Part shown: positions 44,801 through 57,540 of the stretch, in pieces
Layout: every line of letters begins with the position of its first letter
Position numbering within the stretch: position 1 is the first letter of the stretch
Source: Octopus sinensis
Lineage: Eukaryota
Length of the DNA stretch: 64,000 nt
Direction of reading: 5' to 3'
Assembly (NCBI RefSeq): GCF_006345805.1
Contig: NC_043010.1
Span: forward strand, 62,558,001 to 62,622,000
The notes under the pieces: generated by a model
What the model saw: only the letters and a program-made list of their open reading frames with translations
Database searches by the model: none
Told to the model about the DNA's origin: nothing
Made by a program: the position numbers and the translations under genes

Positions 44801-45188
44801 ACACACATATACATGGTTTTCTAGGGAATGTTAGTTGAGTTAGTTTAGCTTCTTATCCAGGGGAAGATTTACTTCTCATTTGTTCTTTCTGGGGCTAAAC
44901 ACTCATCTTCTGACCGTTATTTAAAACAAAGACAAACCTATTAACAACAGCAAATGTGTTTTTTATAACTTCAACAATCAACATTGTGTATTTTCATAAA
45001 AATAATGAAAACTTTTTTTTTTTTTGTGTCTATGTTTGAAAAAAATGTTGCAGATTTGAAATTATAAAATGGACTGAAATTTCAATGAGATCGATAAATG
45101 AAATTTTAAATTAAAATTCAGATTCTGATTTAAAAAAAAAAAGAAAAGAAAAATGTTGATCTTCTTTGTTTGGTCTTTTATTTTTTAA

Positions 45189-45409
45189 CCCTTTAGCATT
45201 TAAACCAGCCCTTACTGGTCCCAAATATTCTCCCTTTTTTATGTTCAAACCAGCCAGATCCAGCCTCTCACACCTACCCTAAAATGTCATTTTCAAAATA
45301 AACAATCACATCATCGTAATTTCAAAGCTACAAAATAATGCCTAATGAATTAGAAGCAATTTTAATGAAGAAACATGACATTTGACAGAGAAATCTCAAT
45401 GCTAAAGGG
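45189..45409. mobile_element. piggyBac-type MITE
   Basis: TTAA|CCCTTTAGCATT...AATGCTAAAGGG|TTAA, perfect 12-bp TIR. Confidence 0.8.
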
Positions 45410-45944
45410 TTAATGTTTCTTTTTTTGTATATTTTTCGTTGTTTTACTATTTTACTGTTTTCTTTCAGTGGATACAAAACAGCAAAAATTGTCATGTTGG
45501 GGGTGAATGTATTTTCTTTGTTTCCTTAAATTGTTTTCGATGGTGAATGGCATGGTAAGATCATAGGAGAGGATTGAGCATAATATTTTAGGGCACGTTC
45601 CGACTTGTTTCTGCATTGAAATCCTGTGAAGGTCACCATTGCTTCTCATCGTTTCAGAGTTGACAAAAAACTTCAGTCAAGAACTAGAGTTGATGGTAAC
45701 AGCCTATTCCTTCCCCTCAAAAATTGCTGGCCTTGTGTCTACATTACTAACTGTTCTCATGCCGGTGGCACGTAAAAGCACCCACTACACTCTCGGAGTG
45801 GTTGGCATTAGGAAGGGCATCCAGCTGTAGAAACTCTGCCAGATCAAGATTGCAGCCATCTGGTTCACCAGTCCTCAGTCAAATCGGCCAACCCATGCTA
45901 GCAAGGAAAGCAGATGTTAAACGATGATGATAATGTTGTTATTA

Positions 45945-47210
45945 AGGCAGCAAGCTGGCAGAGTTGTTAGCATGCGGGGCAAAATGCTTAAAGGTATTTC
46001 GTCTGCCGCTACGTTCTGAGTTCAAATTCCACCGAGGTTGACTTTGCTTTTCATCCTTTTGGGGTCGATTAAATAAGTACTAGTTATGCACTGGGGTCGA
46101 TATAATCGACTTAATCCGTTTGTCCTTGTTCGTCCCCTCTGTGTTTAGCCCCTTGTGGGTAGTAAAGAAATAGGTATTGCGTCCATATCAAGACAATTAT
46201 CCCCCCATAGGACAATCCCTCCCCCGCTGATGACAGTTACTCCCTTGGCTGATTACCCCCTCTCCAATACATTTAAGAAGTTTTAAATCATCATCTGTTA
46301 TCCTCAGGGCTAAATGTCCCAGACCCATTTCAACTGTCTTCATTTTCAGAGTTCAAATTCTGCCAAGGTTGACTTTTGTCTTTCATCCATTTGGAGTCGA
46401 TGAATTGAGTACCAGTGAAACACTGGGGTCGATGTAGTCAACTTGTGTGTCCCCCACCCAGATTTCAGGCGACAAAATGTTTAGCGGTATTTTGCCCATT
46501 GCTACGTTCTGAGTTCAAATTCTGCCGAGGTCAACTTTGCCTTTCATCCTTTCAGGGTCGATAAATTTCAGGCCTTGTGCCTATAATAGGATTATTATTA
46601 TTATTAAGGTGGTGAGCTGGCAGAAACGTTAGTGCTCCTGACAAAATGATTAATCTTTATGCTCTGAGTTCAAACCCTGCTGGGGTTGACTTTACCTTTC
46701 GTCCTTTCAGGGTCAATGAAATAAGAACTGGTGAAACACTGAGCTCAAAAATGCAATCGCTTTGCTCCCTCCATGCCTTGTGCCTATAATAGAATATATT
46801 ATTATTATTAAGGTGGAAAACGCTTAGCAGTATTTTATCTGTTTTCATGTTCTAAGTTTAAATTTCAACGTCAACTTTGCCTTTCATCCTTTCAGGGTCG
46901 ATGTAATCGGCTAACCTGTTGCCCCCAAATTTCAGGCCGTCTGCCTGTTGTAGAAAGAAGTATATTTATTATGGCAACATGCCAGACAAACTACTTAGTG
47001 GTATTTCATCCACGTTTACATTCTGAGTTTAAATTCTGAGGTCAGCTTGCCTTTCATCCTTTCGGGGTCGATTAAATAAGTACCAGTAAATCACTGGAGT
47101 CGATATATATTTCTTTACTACCCACAAGGGGTCAATGTAATTGACTTAATCCCTTTGTCTGTCCTTATTTGTCCCCTCTATGTTTAGGCCCCTGTGGGCT
47201 ATAAAGAAAT
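45945..47210 (+). mobile_element. dense multimer of family B SINE fragments (about 7, one inverted near 46650-46740)
   Basis: GAGTTCAAATTC...CCTTTCATCC recurs throughout. Confidence 0.75.
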
Positions 47211-47480
47211 AAAATATTTTCTTTTGAACTAAGTTTTTTCCTCCATCACTTAGCCCATGATTAATTGAAGGGAAAGGAAAGAGTGAAAGAAAGGGAGAGT
47301 AAATGAGGGAGAGTGCTGTATATTAAAGTCTATAAAATTGTGAATTAAGTAACCAATTTCTTTCTGTTTTCAATTATTAGTAGATGAGCAATTATCTTTT
47401 GATACCGACACAACACAGGCCATGCTTACAGGTGTTTTGCATGAAGTTTTCAGAAATAACCCAATAAGCTTACTATTAAT

Positions 47481-47678
47481 TCTCTTTTACTTGTTACAGT
47501 CATTTTGACTGCGGCCATGCTGGAGCACTGCCTGTAGTCGAGTAAATCGACCCCAGGACTTATTCTATGGAAGCCTAGTACTTATTCTGTCGGTCTCTTT
47601 TGCCGAACTACTAAGTTACGGGGACGTAAAACACACCAACATCGGTTGTCAAGCGATGTGGGGGGGGGACAAACATAT

Positions 47679-47731
<53 letters not shown>

Positions 47732-47890
47732 TACGACGGGCTTCTTTCAGTTTCCGTCTACCAAATCCACTGAAGGTTTCGGTCGGCCCGAGGCTATAGT
47801 AGAAGACACTTGCCCAAGGTGCCACACAGTGGGAATGAACCTGGAACCTTGTGGTTGGTAAGCAAGCTACTTACCACACAGCCACTCCTG
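47481..47890 (-). mobile_element. family A SINE, full length
   Basis: Reverse complement of 36128-36519. Confidence 0.85.
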
Positions 47891-48070
47891 AGAAATATTC
47901 ACGGGTCCTACTAGCTATTATAATTAGTAGAGTGTTAGACAAAATATCTGTACTTGTGAACCAAGATGTCCTGTTCACTGCTGCAATGCTTTTAACCCAT
48001 TTCTTACTCTATCTCTCTTGAAATGCACTGCTTTTGTTTCAGCTAATTCTGAGAATAATGAACAATTTAA

Positions 48071-48291
48071 CCCTTTCGTTACTGTATTTCTTTTGAGATG
48101 CTCTGTGTTTCTTTCAATTACTTTAAATATAACAAATAATTTAGTAAAATAAACTTAGTTATCATTCAGCTAGTGTTAGGAACATAAATTGTGACTAAAG
48201 TTTGGTGGAAGATTTTAATTCAAAACTTATGAAAACAAGATATTTGTACTCAGAGCCAGAGTTGGTTTCAGCCAAGTTAATAACGAAAGGG
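48071..48291. mobile_element. piggyBac-type MITE
   Basis: TTAA|CCCTTTCGTTA...TAACGAAAGGG|TTAA. Confidence 0.8.
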
Positions 48292-48388
48292 TTAATAAAC
48301 TTTGTTATTAATAAGGTGGTGTTTGGAATAGAAATTAACATGAAATGTTGAAGGAAAATTTTAATTTAGATGACTAATCCTTTTGTTA

Positions 48389-48759
48389 CAGGCATGGCTG
48401 TGTGGTAAGTAGCTTGCTTATCAACCACCCGGTTCTGGGTACAGTCCCATTGCATGACACCTTGGGCAAATGTCTTCTACTATAACCTCAGGCCGACCAA
48501 AGCTTTGTGAGTGGATTTGGTGGATGGAAACTGAAAGAAGCCCATCATATATATGTGTGTGTGTATTTATGTTTGTCCCCGCACCATCGTTTGACAACTG
48601 ATGTTGGTGTGTTTACGTCCCCGTAACTTAGCAGTTCAGCAAAAGAGACTGATAGAATAAGTACTAAGCTTACAAAGAATAATTCCTGGGGTCGATTTGT
48701 TTGACTAAATGTGGTGCTCCAGCATGGCCACTGCTAAATGACTGAAACAAATAAAAGAA
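48389..48759 (+). mobile_element. family A SINE
   Basis: Family A head to tail. Confidence 0.8.
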
Positions 48760-48994
48760 TATTTCCGTTGAAATACACTGACTTGGTTTCAGTTAATTTA
48801 GTAAAATAATTTTGTCATTATTAAACTAGCATTTGGAACATAAATTAACATGGAAATTATAGGGAAGGTTTTAATTTAACCCTTTAGAATTTAAACCGGC
48901 CAACTCCAGCCAAAATATTGTTCCTGTTATATGTTAAAACTGGCCAGATCTGGCCTTTTGTACCAATCATACAATATCATTCTAGAAATTACCA

Positions 48995-49750
48995 GTTATT
49001 TTTATTTATGCGCCCTTTTCAAGCCTAGCCAGGCTCATGGCCCCGGTTTCCCGGTTTCTATGGCACATGTGTTCCCCAGCTGGACGGGACGCCAGTCCAT
49101 CGCAGCGTTACTCATTTTTGCCAGCTGAGTGGACTGGAGCAACGTGAAATGAAGTGTTTTGCCCAAGAACACAACGCATCGCCCTGTCCAGGAATCGAAA
49201 CCACAATCTTAAGATCATGATGCTGACACCCTAACCACTAAGCCACGCACCTCCACACCAGTTATATGCTAGGGCTGATTTAATCAGCTATCCTCTTCCT
49301 CAGTTTTTCAGTCTTGTTCCTAAATTAGTGAAATGGTGGAACTGTTGGCGCATCTGACAAAATACTTTGTGCTATTTTTCCGCATTTTTATATTGTGAGT
49401 TCAGATCCTGCCCAGTTGAACTTCTCCTTTCATGCTTCTGAGGTTGATAAAGTACCAGTCATGTAGTCATCATCATCATCATTATTAATCATCATCATTG
49501 TTAATCACCGAGTCCTGGGACTCTGAGAGCCAGTTACCCGGTTTCCATGGTGTCTCCGTGACTGAGATCGCAACATTGCCCCTGGATGGGATGTCAGTCC
49601 ATTGTAGAGTGACTCATTTACAGCTGAGTGGACTGAGGCAACATGAAATGAAGAGTTTTGATCGCGAACACAATGCACCACCACCAAATCTGTGAATTGA
49701 AACCGTAATCATCAGTGCAACATCCTAACCACTAGGCCGCGTGCCTTCAC
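48995..49750 (-). mobile_element. two family D-type SINEs (48995-49255, 49500-49750)
   Basis: Heads are reverse complements ending CCCTAACCACTAAGCCACGCACCTCC and CCTAACCACTAGGCCGCGTGCC, with a CAGCTGAGTGGACTG core. Confidence 0.7.
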
Positions 49751-50027
49751 CATTATGGGGTTGATTTGATTGACTTTGTGGCCCCATGGTCTACAAAAGA
49801 AATATGTTTTCAATTTTTGTGTGACCTGGGGTAACTTTTTAATGAGGGGTCCCCAAACTATACACAGTTTAAAGCAATGGTTCGTTAAGATTTTGAATTT
49901 GTAATATAATAAATTATTCTTTCCAAGATCAAATTATTCATGTACCCCAAGTATGGTACAGATTGATCGAGACATTTGAGCGTAGATTGAGGACACATAC
50001 ATAGGGTATTTTATATATTAAGATAAT

Positions 50028-50251
50028 AGGCAGCGAGCTGGCAGAAACCTTAGCTTGCCGGGTGAAATGCTAAGCAGTATTTCGTCTGAGTTCTGAGTTC
50101 AAATTCGACCGAAGTTGATTTAGCCTTTCATCCTTTCGGGGGTCGATTAAATAAGTACCAGTTACGCACTGGGGTCAATATAATCGACTTAATCCGTTTG
50201 TCCTTGTTTGTCTCCTCTGTGTGTAGCCCCTTGTGGGCAATAAAGAAATAA
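50028..50251 (+). mobile_element. family B SINE, full length
   Basis: AGGCAGCGAGCTGGCAGAAAC ... GGCAATAAAGAAATA. Confidence 0.8.
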
Positions 50252-50567
50252 GATAACAACCAGAGCAAATAAATTAAGTTTAATGTTTCGTCATCCTGGG
50301 GTGTCCAATGGACAATTCTGGTTTCATAAAATTAGAATTTTCCTTGTTTTCTAAGCAAGAACACAAATATCAAAAATACTTTGGCTTAGCGGTTTGAGCT
50401 GTGTGCCAAAAAGTTTAGGTTCAATTCTAATCAGAACTACACAGGATACTTATAAAACAGTTGAAAAATATTACAGGTGAATGTAATATTAGTTTCAAGT
50501 TTTGACACAAGGCCTGCAGGTGAGGGGTGGGGAGATGAGTTAATTAAGTCAACCCCAGAGTTTAATA

Positions 50568-50860
50568 ATCATCGTTTAACATTCATTTTCCATGCTGGCA
50601 TGGGTTGGACAGTTTGACAGGAGCGTCCAGGTTCCATGGCTTCTACAGCTGGATGCCCTCCCTAATACCATCCCCTTTACAGAGTATACTGGCTGCTTTT
50701 TATGCAGCAATGGCACAGGGGATTTTTATGTGGCCCCATCACCTATGAATCTGCAAGATTAGGGATGCTCAGCTGAAAAGGGTTGCAGGGGACAGGCCTG
50801 TATCCAAGGGCAACCATGCTTATACTTAGCTTGAAATGTCTTTTCAAGCACAGCAAACCA
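50568..50860 (-). mobile_element. RTE-type LINE 3' end (C-terminal codons, 3' UTR = family C, GAT tail)
   Basis: The minus strand reads DRDSWWFAVLEKTFQAK, then AGGGCATCCAGCTGTAGAA...CCAACCCATGCCAGCATGGAAAATGAATGTTAAACGATG. Confidence 0.7.
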
Positions 50861-51468
50861 CCAGGAATCTCGGTCCCCTGTCATCCCCTCTGTGGATCCC
50901 AGGAATCTCGGTCCCCTGTCATCCCCTCTGTGGATCCCAGGAATCTCGGTCCCCTGCCATCCCCTCTGTGGATCCCAGGAATCTCGGTCCCCTGCCATCC
51001 CCTCTGTGGATCCCAGGAATCTCAGTCCCCTTTCATCCCCTCTGTGGATCCCAGGAATCTTGGTCCCCTGTCATCCCCTCTGTGGATCCCAGGAATCTCG
51101 GTCCCCTGTCATCCCTTCTGTGGATCCCAGGAATCTCGATCCCCTGTCATCCCTTCTGTGGATCCCAGGAATCTCAGTCCCCTGTCATCCCCTCTGTGGA
51201 TCCCAGGAATCTCAGTCCCCTTTCATCCCCTCTGTGGATCCCAGGAATCTCGGTCCTCGGTTATCCCCTTTGTGGATCCCAGGAATCTCGGTCCCCTGTC
51301 ATCCCCTCTGTAAATCCCAGAAATCTCGATCCCCTGTCATCCCCTCTGTGGATCCCAGGAATCTCGGTCCCCTGTCATCCCCTCTGTGGATCCCAGGAAT
51401 CTTGATCCCCTGTCATCCCCTTTGTGGATCCCAGGAATCTCAGTCCCCTGTCATCCCCTCTGTGGATC
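50861..51468. repeat. minisatellite, 16 x 38 bp (CCAGGAATCTCGGTCCCCTGTCATCCCCTCTGTGGATC)
   Basis: Unit starts every 38 nt from 50861 to 51431; no spacers. Confidence 0.95.
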
Positions 51469-52269
51469 CCAACTGGTCTTTATTTTATTGACCCCGAAAG
51501 AGTAAAAGGTAAAGTCAACCCTGGTGGTATTTGAACCCAGGAGGAGAAATCGGAAGAAAAACCGTTAAGCCTTTTTTCTGTCATCATAACAACCTTACCA
51601 CCTTACAAGTGAATATAATACTGCTTTCAAATTTTTGGCACAAGGCCGGCAATTTCAGAGGATGTGGTAATTCTGACCCCACTACTTATTTTATGGACCC
51701 CGAAATGTAAGGACGGACAGAATGTTGCTAAGTAATTTTTCCAGCATGGTTACAAGTCTGCTAGCTCCCTGCCTTACAAGTGAATATAATATTGATTTCA
51801 AATTTTGGCACAAGGCCAGCAATTTGGTGGAATGGGGCATGTCAATTACACTGGCACCAGTAGTCAACTGGTACTTATTTTATAAGCCCTGAAAGGATGA
51901 AAGACAAAGTCAACCCCTGCAGAAATTGAACTCAGAATGCAAAGACAGGCGCTAAGCATTTCACCGGGCATGCTAACGATTCTGCCAGTTTGACACCTTT
52001 CTAACAAAAGCAATACTGGTTTCATATTTTGGCACAAGGCCAGCAATTTTGGAGGGGGGGGGCAGGTAAATCAACTTCATTGACCCAAGAGCTCAGATCA
52101 TACTTATTTTACTGACCCCCAAAAGGCCCTAAGTAATGCTTTTTACAATGTGTAGTTAAACCTGGAGCTGTTTCTGGACAATGACCGTAATTTAAATCAT
52201 TTTGGAACTTGCTGTGTTGAAGTTTACTGAGGTTGGGTCAAGATTTTGAGGGAAATCCTTCCAGTTTAC

Positions 52270-52750
52270 TGTTGGACATTTGAGCCAGCCAACTACAAGC
52301 ATCATTGTCATCATCGTCAGCATCACCACCATCCTCATCGTCATCACCACCGTCATCGTCATCATTATTATCAGTACTATCACTAATATCATCATCATCA
52401 TCACCACCACCATCACCGCTACCACTATTGTTGACATTATCATCATCATTATCTTCATCATCACCGCTACTAGAACCACCATCATCATCATCATCACTCT
52501 CACCACCACCACTACTATCATCATCATCGCTACCACCATTACCATTACCCTCAACACCATCACCACCACCACCACCACTACCAGCATCACCGTCATCACC
52601 ACCACCACCACCACCATCAGCATCATCACTCTCACCACCACCACCACTACCAGCATCATCATCACTCTCACCACCACCACCACCACCAGCATCATCGTCA
52701 TCATCATCAACATCATCTCCTTTGTCACCATCAATATCTTCACCACCCTC
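52270..52750. repeat. compound (CAT)n/(CAC)n trinucleotide low-complexity tract
   Basis: Directly visible; open in several frames, as expected for such repeats. Confidence 0.85.
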
Positions 52751-53509
52751 ATAACTACCTCCAGTACAGGGTATTTTACAAAACCAACAGAAAACCTCTT
52801 TGTAAGTTAACCAACCTGCTAGAAATGACAACTAAGTCTCCCTCAAATACATACACTCCCATTTAAAAAAGGGACACATTTGAGAATGTAGTCTTAGATA
52901 CACTTGATGATTGGTCTCCTAGATCAAGTCTGACCTAGGGCTAAATGACAACAGTGAGACACATGACCCCTTATGTTAATCTTCTCCTCCAGGTCCTAAT
53001 TTTCATAATTTATTATCTCCATCCAACCATGCCCACCTCCACTTCCCAGAATATTGAAAGTTAATCGATGTCTTACCTCTTGGCAAGTGTAAAGAAAAAC
53101 ATAGGACAAAACGGTAGGAAAAAAAGGAGGATGGAAGGAAGAGAGAGAAAGAAAGGAAGAGAAATGAAGAAAGAGAGGGAGAGAAAGAAAGAAAGAGAGA
53201 GAGGGAGAGAAAGAATGAATGAAAGAAAGAAGGGAGAGAGAGAAAGATAGACAGAAAGAAAGAGGCAGAGAGAGAAAGAAAGAAAGAGAGGAAGGAAGGA
53301 AGATACAAAGAGAGAGAGAAAGAGAGAAACGAAGGAAGGAAGAGAGAGAGAAAGCAAGAAAGAGAGAAAGAAAGCAAGAAAGAGAGAAAGAAAGGAAGGA
53401 AGAGAGAAAGAAAGGAAGGAAGAAGTCCCCTGAGGGGAGTGTTGTGCTGTTGTTGTTGTTTGTTGACAGCCAAGACAGGATGTATCAGAGCTGGTCTTTT
53501 ATTTATTTT

Positions 53510-53909
53510 TTTACTTGTTTCAGTCATTAGACTGCGGCCATGCTGGAGCACTGCTTTGAAGAGTTTTTAGTTGAATGAGTTGACCTCAGCACACTTTTTT
53601 TTTCTTTTAAGACAGGTTCTTATTCTGTTGGTCTCTTCTTGCTGAACTGTCAAGTTACAGGAATGTAAACACACCAACACCGGTTGTCAAACAGTGATGG
53701 GGGACAAACACAAACACACACACACACACACACACACATACATACATATACGACAGGCTTCTTTCAGTTTCTGTCCACCAAATCCACTCACAAGGCTTTG
53801 GTCGTCCCGAGGCCATAGAAGAAGACACTTGCCCAAGGTGCCATGCAGTGGGACTGAAACCAGAACGATGTGGTTGGTTAGCAAGCTTCTTACCACACAG
53901 CCATTCCTA
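53510..53909 (-). mobile_element. family A SINE
   Basis: Reverse complement of the family A body. Confidence 0.8.
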
Positions 53910-55108
53910 CCCCTATGGAAATTCTCAGGTCGCCCCATATTGATTCCTTACAGAAGCACAAGGCCTCAGTTTTGATGGAGAAGGAGTCTGGTCATTTAGA
54001 CTGACCCAAGGAAGGGGAGTGGCTCTGACCATTTTGTCTTTATTTTTATTTTTCCTGGGATCTTTAAGATTGTGAAACAAGAAAGAAGAATCCTATCGGA
54101 AGTGGGTCCTGGCTCAAGTGTTTGCAGCAGGGTGGACAACTGACAGGCTAACTGAGTGATTCTCAAGTGGAATCCATATGACGCCTGGGGGTGGGGTCAT
54201 ATAAGATTTTTATTGTTAAAATTTACGTGCAATAAATTGATTAGGTTTTTACTATACACAAAATATTTTAACAAGTTCTTTTTATATAATTCCTAATAAT
54301 ATTTAATTATAAAAAACATAAGATTTTTTTTAATGGTTACAGGGGTCCACCAGAGTAAAACAGGAACCCAAGGAATCCATACGTAAAAAAAAAAAATGGT
54401 TGGGAACCACTGGCGTTAATTCTTACCGTAAAAGACTTGGAACAGTCTCGTTAACGACTTCTCACAGTTTCCATTAAATTTCATTCACAAACCTTTGATC
54501 GGCCAAAAGGCTATGGGAAAAGACAAGTATGCCGTGCAACGGGATCGAACCCCAGACCACGTAGTTGAGAAGCGAACTTCTTCACGCACAGCCAAAGTAG
54601 GATACTGTCACGGCTGGAATATCTTTGATTGTAGGCCAACTTGAGGGACTATTTACGTAATCGCCCTACTAGAAATAGAAGTCAAGTCACCATTAAATCA
54701 TGTTTTACTTTCTTAAAAAGAAAGTGAAAAAAGAAGGAGACATTGAGTAAATTGTCTTAGATAAATAATATGAATAAGTAAGAAAAAACAGGATTGTCAC
54801 AGCTGGATTGTCTTGTAGAGAACGACAACGACGCTGAACAACAATAACAGCGAAATATCTTTCTTGTGACGAGCTGTTGTGTTGCGTAGCGGAACTGAAC
54901 CCGAAACTACGCAGTTGTAAAGCAAACTTCTTAGGCACACAGCCATTACGCGAAGACACGAATAAAAGACAAGAATGTCACGGTTAGATTGTCTCTGATC
55001 GTAGGTCTGCTCGATCGGAGCTATATCGAGTGTAAACAACAACGAGTGGAGTTATATGAAGGAAAGAGAGAAGAAGCCATCCATCCCTCCATCCATCCAT
55101 CTCTCCAT

Positions 55109-55421
55109 TCAGTCGGTTCTGACAGGGAGGAGGGGGGGTGTGGAGACGGTTCTCTCTCTCTCTCTCTCCCCCGCCGCCGCCCCGCCATCAATTTCGGACC
55201 TCCTGCACCAATCAGCTGGTGTCGAGGTGACCGGGAGTTGTCTCCCTTATGTTTACATGACTCCACAAGTGAACTACGTAGGTCTCAGGACGGAGGACAG
55301 GCTTCGAGCCTCTCATCTACCTCTCGCCTTCTCGGCTCTCAACACCTTCTACACGTCTGACAATTCGATAACATTTCTTGCCGTGTAGCCCACGTAGACA
55401 TTGACCAGACTTTCGGTGAGT
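55109..55421 (+). promoter_or_regulatory. putative promoter/non-coding first exon of a third gene (coding exon outside the window)
   Basis: CpG-retaining 54400-55500; Inr-like TCAGTC at 55109-14, GC-box-like CCCCGCC and CCAATC motifs, and consensus donor TCG|GTGAGT at 55416. Confidence 0.5.
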
Positions 55422-55499
55422 TTATTCGTTTCTTTCCTCCACTTTCATCGCTCTACACCATAACATTGTGTTTGTATTCGGAGGTTTTCTTTAATTATT

Positions 55500-56500
55500 C
55501 CTAACATCTTCACACTTTCTCCCTCCCTCCCTCTCACACTTTCTCTCTTTCTTTCTCTGAAACACACGCCCCCCTCTCACACACGCTCTCCCTCTCACAC
55601 TTTCTCTCTTCCTCTCTCTATATTTATCCCCCTCTCCCTCTCTTCCTTATCCCTCCCTCCTCTTCACCTTTCTTCTCCCTTTCTTCCCTCTGTTCCCTCC
55701 TCTCCTCCCTCTACCTCACTTCTCTCCCTGTGTCCATTTTCTAACTTCTTTTCCTCCCCTCTTATCCCCCTCTCTCTCACTCTTACTCGTACTCTTTCTC
55801 CTTCCCCCTCACTCCAGTATAACTTCAGCTCTCCTCCCACCTCTTTCACTTCCCTGAGACTCGTAACATCTCCATCACCTCTTCCCCTTTCTCCCTCCCT
55901 CACTTCCCATTAACTCTATCCATATCACCCCTCTCACCCTCTCTTTCACTCTCTCTCCTCTCTTTCTCACTCATGTTTATGTTTAAATACTTGTGTCTTT
56001 CGATATCTCGCTCACAGAATTATCCCCCTCTCTCCCTATCCTACTCTCCCCCTCTCTCTCTCTAACTTTATCTCTCTCTTTCCTTATCTTCTCACTTTCT
56101 CTTATACTTCTCTACCAATCTTTTTCCCTTACCCTCTTTCTTTCAACCTACCTCTCACCGTCGCTCACAACCTTTTCGCTCCCCCCCTCTAACTTTCACT
56201 CTATCTATTCCCCAATCAGACTTCTGACATCCTCCCTCTCTTCCACCACCATTCTCTCTCTCTATCCCTCTATCTATCTCTCCCACTCTCCATCCATCCA
56301 TCCGTCTTTCTATTCCTCTGTCCTTCTCTCTCTCTCTCCATCTCTCTATCCATCCAACCATTCACAAATACACCTGTAGCCATCCCCTCCACCTTCCTTA
56401 CTCCGGCTCTGACTCTATCTTAATTATCCAAACCATTCCTCACAGCGCACTCCCTAATACAGCTCTACCTATCCCTTCCGCATCACTCCCTTCTCTCTAG
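55500..56500 (+). repeat. ~1-kb polypyrimidine (CT-rich) tract
   Basis: The + strand is almost all C/T with imperfect (CT)n. Confidence 0.85.
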
Positions 56501-57050
56501 CCCTCCCCCTATACTGCCTGTCCCCCTCCTCCATCGATGATAACATTCGGAACTTAAAATAGCGATGACATAGGATGGTATGATGACTAAATATAAGGTA
56601 ACTTCAACGATATGTCTACTTTTTCACTGAATGACTTCACAACTCTCATCATCTCAACGACTGACGCATTTCATACAAACACCTTTCTTCTTTCTTTCTT
56701 TCTATTTATTTACATTCGGCCTGCTTCTTGTACATTGGCATATATATATATATACATATGTATATATATGTATGTGTGTGTGTGTTTGTATGTATATGTA
56801 TGCTCACAAACATATACATATAAACATAAATATATATAGTTATAAGTGTATGTATGTATATACATATGTGTATATGTGTATATATGATTACATATATTTA
56901 CATATATATATACATATGTGTGACTATAAGTATATGTGTGTATATATTTATATATGTGTGTATGTATGTATATGTATATATGTGTGTGTCTGTGTATATA
57001 TGATTATATATTTACATATATATATACATATGTGTGAATATAAGTATATG

Positions 57051-57131
<81 letters not shown>

Positions 57132-57315
57132 TTTACATATATATATACATGGCACAGAAGTATATACATATTTAGTTATATTTACAGATATGTGTACATG
57201 TTAATCTTAATCCATTCTTACCTGAACCTTATACTTATAATCTATTTACATTTACAGTATATAAACATCTTTAAAGCTATGTATGTACACACACACACAA
57301 TCACAATACATATAT

Positions 57316-57350
<35 letters not shown>

Positions 57351-57462
57351 AATAAATATAGGTTGGTAAAACGAACAGGATAAATAGAAATTAGTAGATG
57401 AGAAATGTATGTTCGTTATATGTTTAATTAGCAGAAAGTTACAGGTGTTACGTGAGGGTTGT

Positions 57463-57540
57463 GAGTTTTGTTCCTGATACTTTACAAAACTCTGATGAGT
57501 GCCAGGAACAAAACTCTTGTTCCTTGAGTCACTCTTGTAA
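57463..57540 (+). ncRNA. decayed type I hammerhead-like motif with an upstream inverted arm (H5)
   Basis: TTACAAAACT-CTGATGA(57492-98)-GTgC CAG GaAC-aAAA-CTC(9-nt loop)GAGTC(57526-30)-ACTCTTGTAA. Stem I pairs 8/10, stem III 4/4, GUC site intact, G12 replaced by A. Confidence 0.5.

Noticed and set aside
50861-51468. CRISPR array
   Set aside because: Units are contiguous with no unique spacers, there are no cas genes, the context is eukaryotic, and the unit derives from a LINE end.
50783-51491. 176-199 aa ORFs with repeated SPLWIPGISVPCHPLCGSQES
   Set aside because: Translation of the 38-bp minisatellite, which cycles through all frames; no start context or flanking coding signal.
52192-52831. 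Acidic Gly/Asp-rich 197-aa ORF and overlapping poly-V/T/S ORFs
   Set aside because: CAT/CAC trinucleotide mosaic open in several frames on both strands; no splice or codon evidence.
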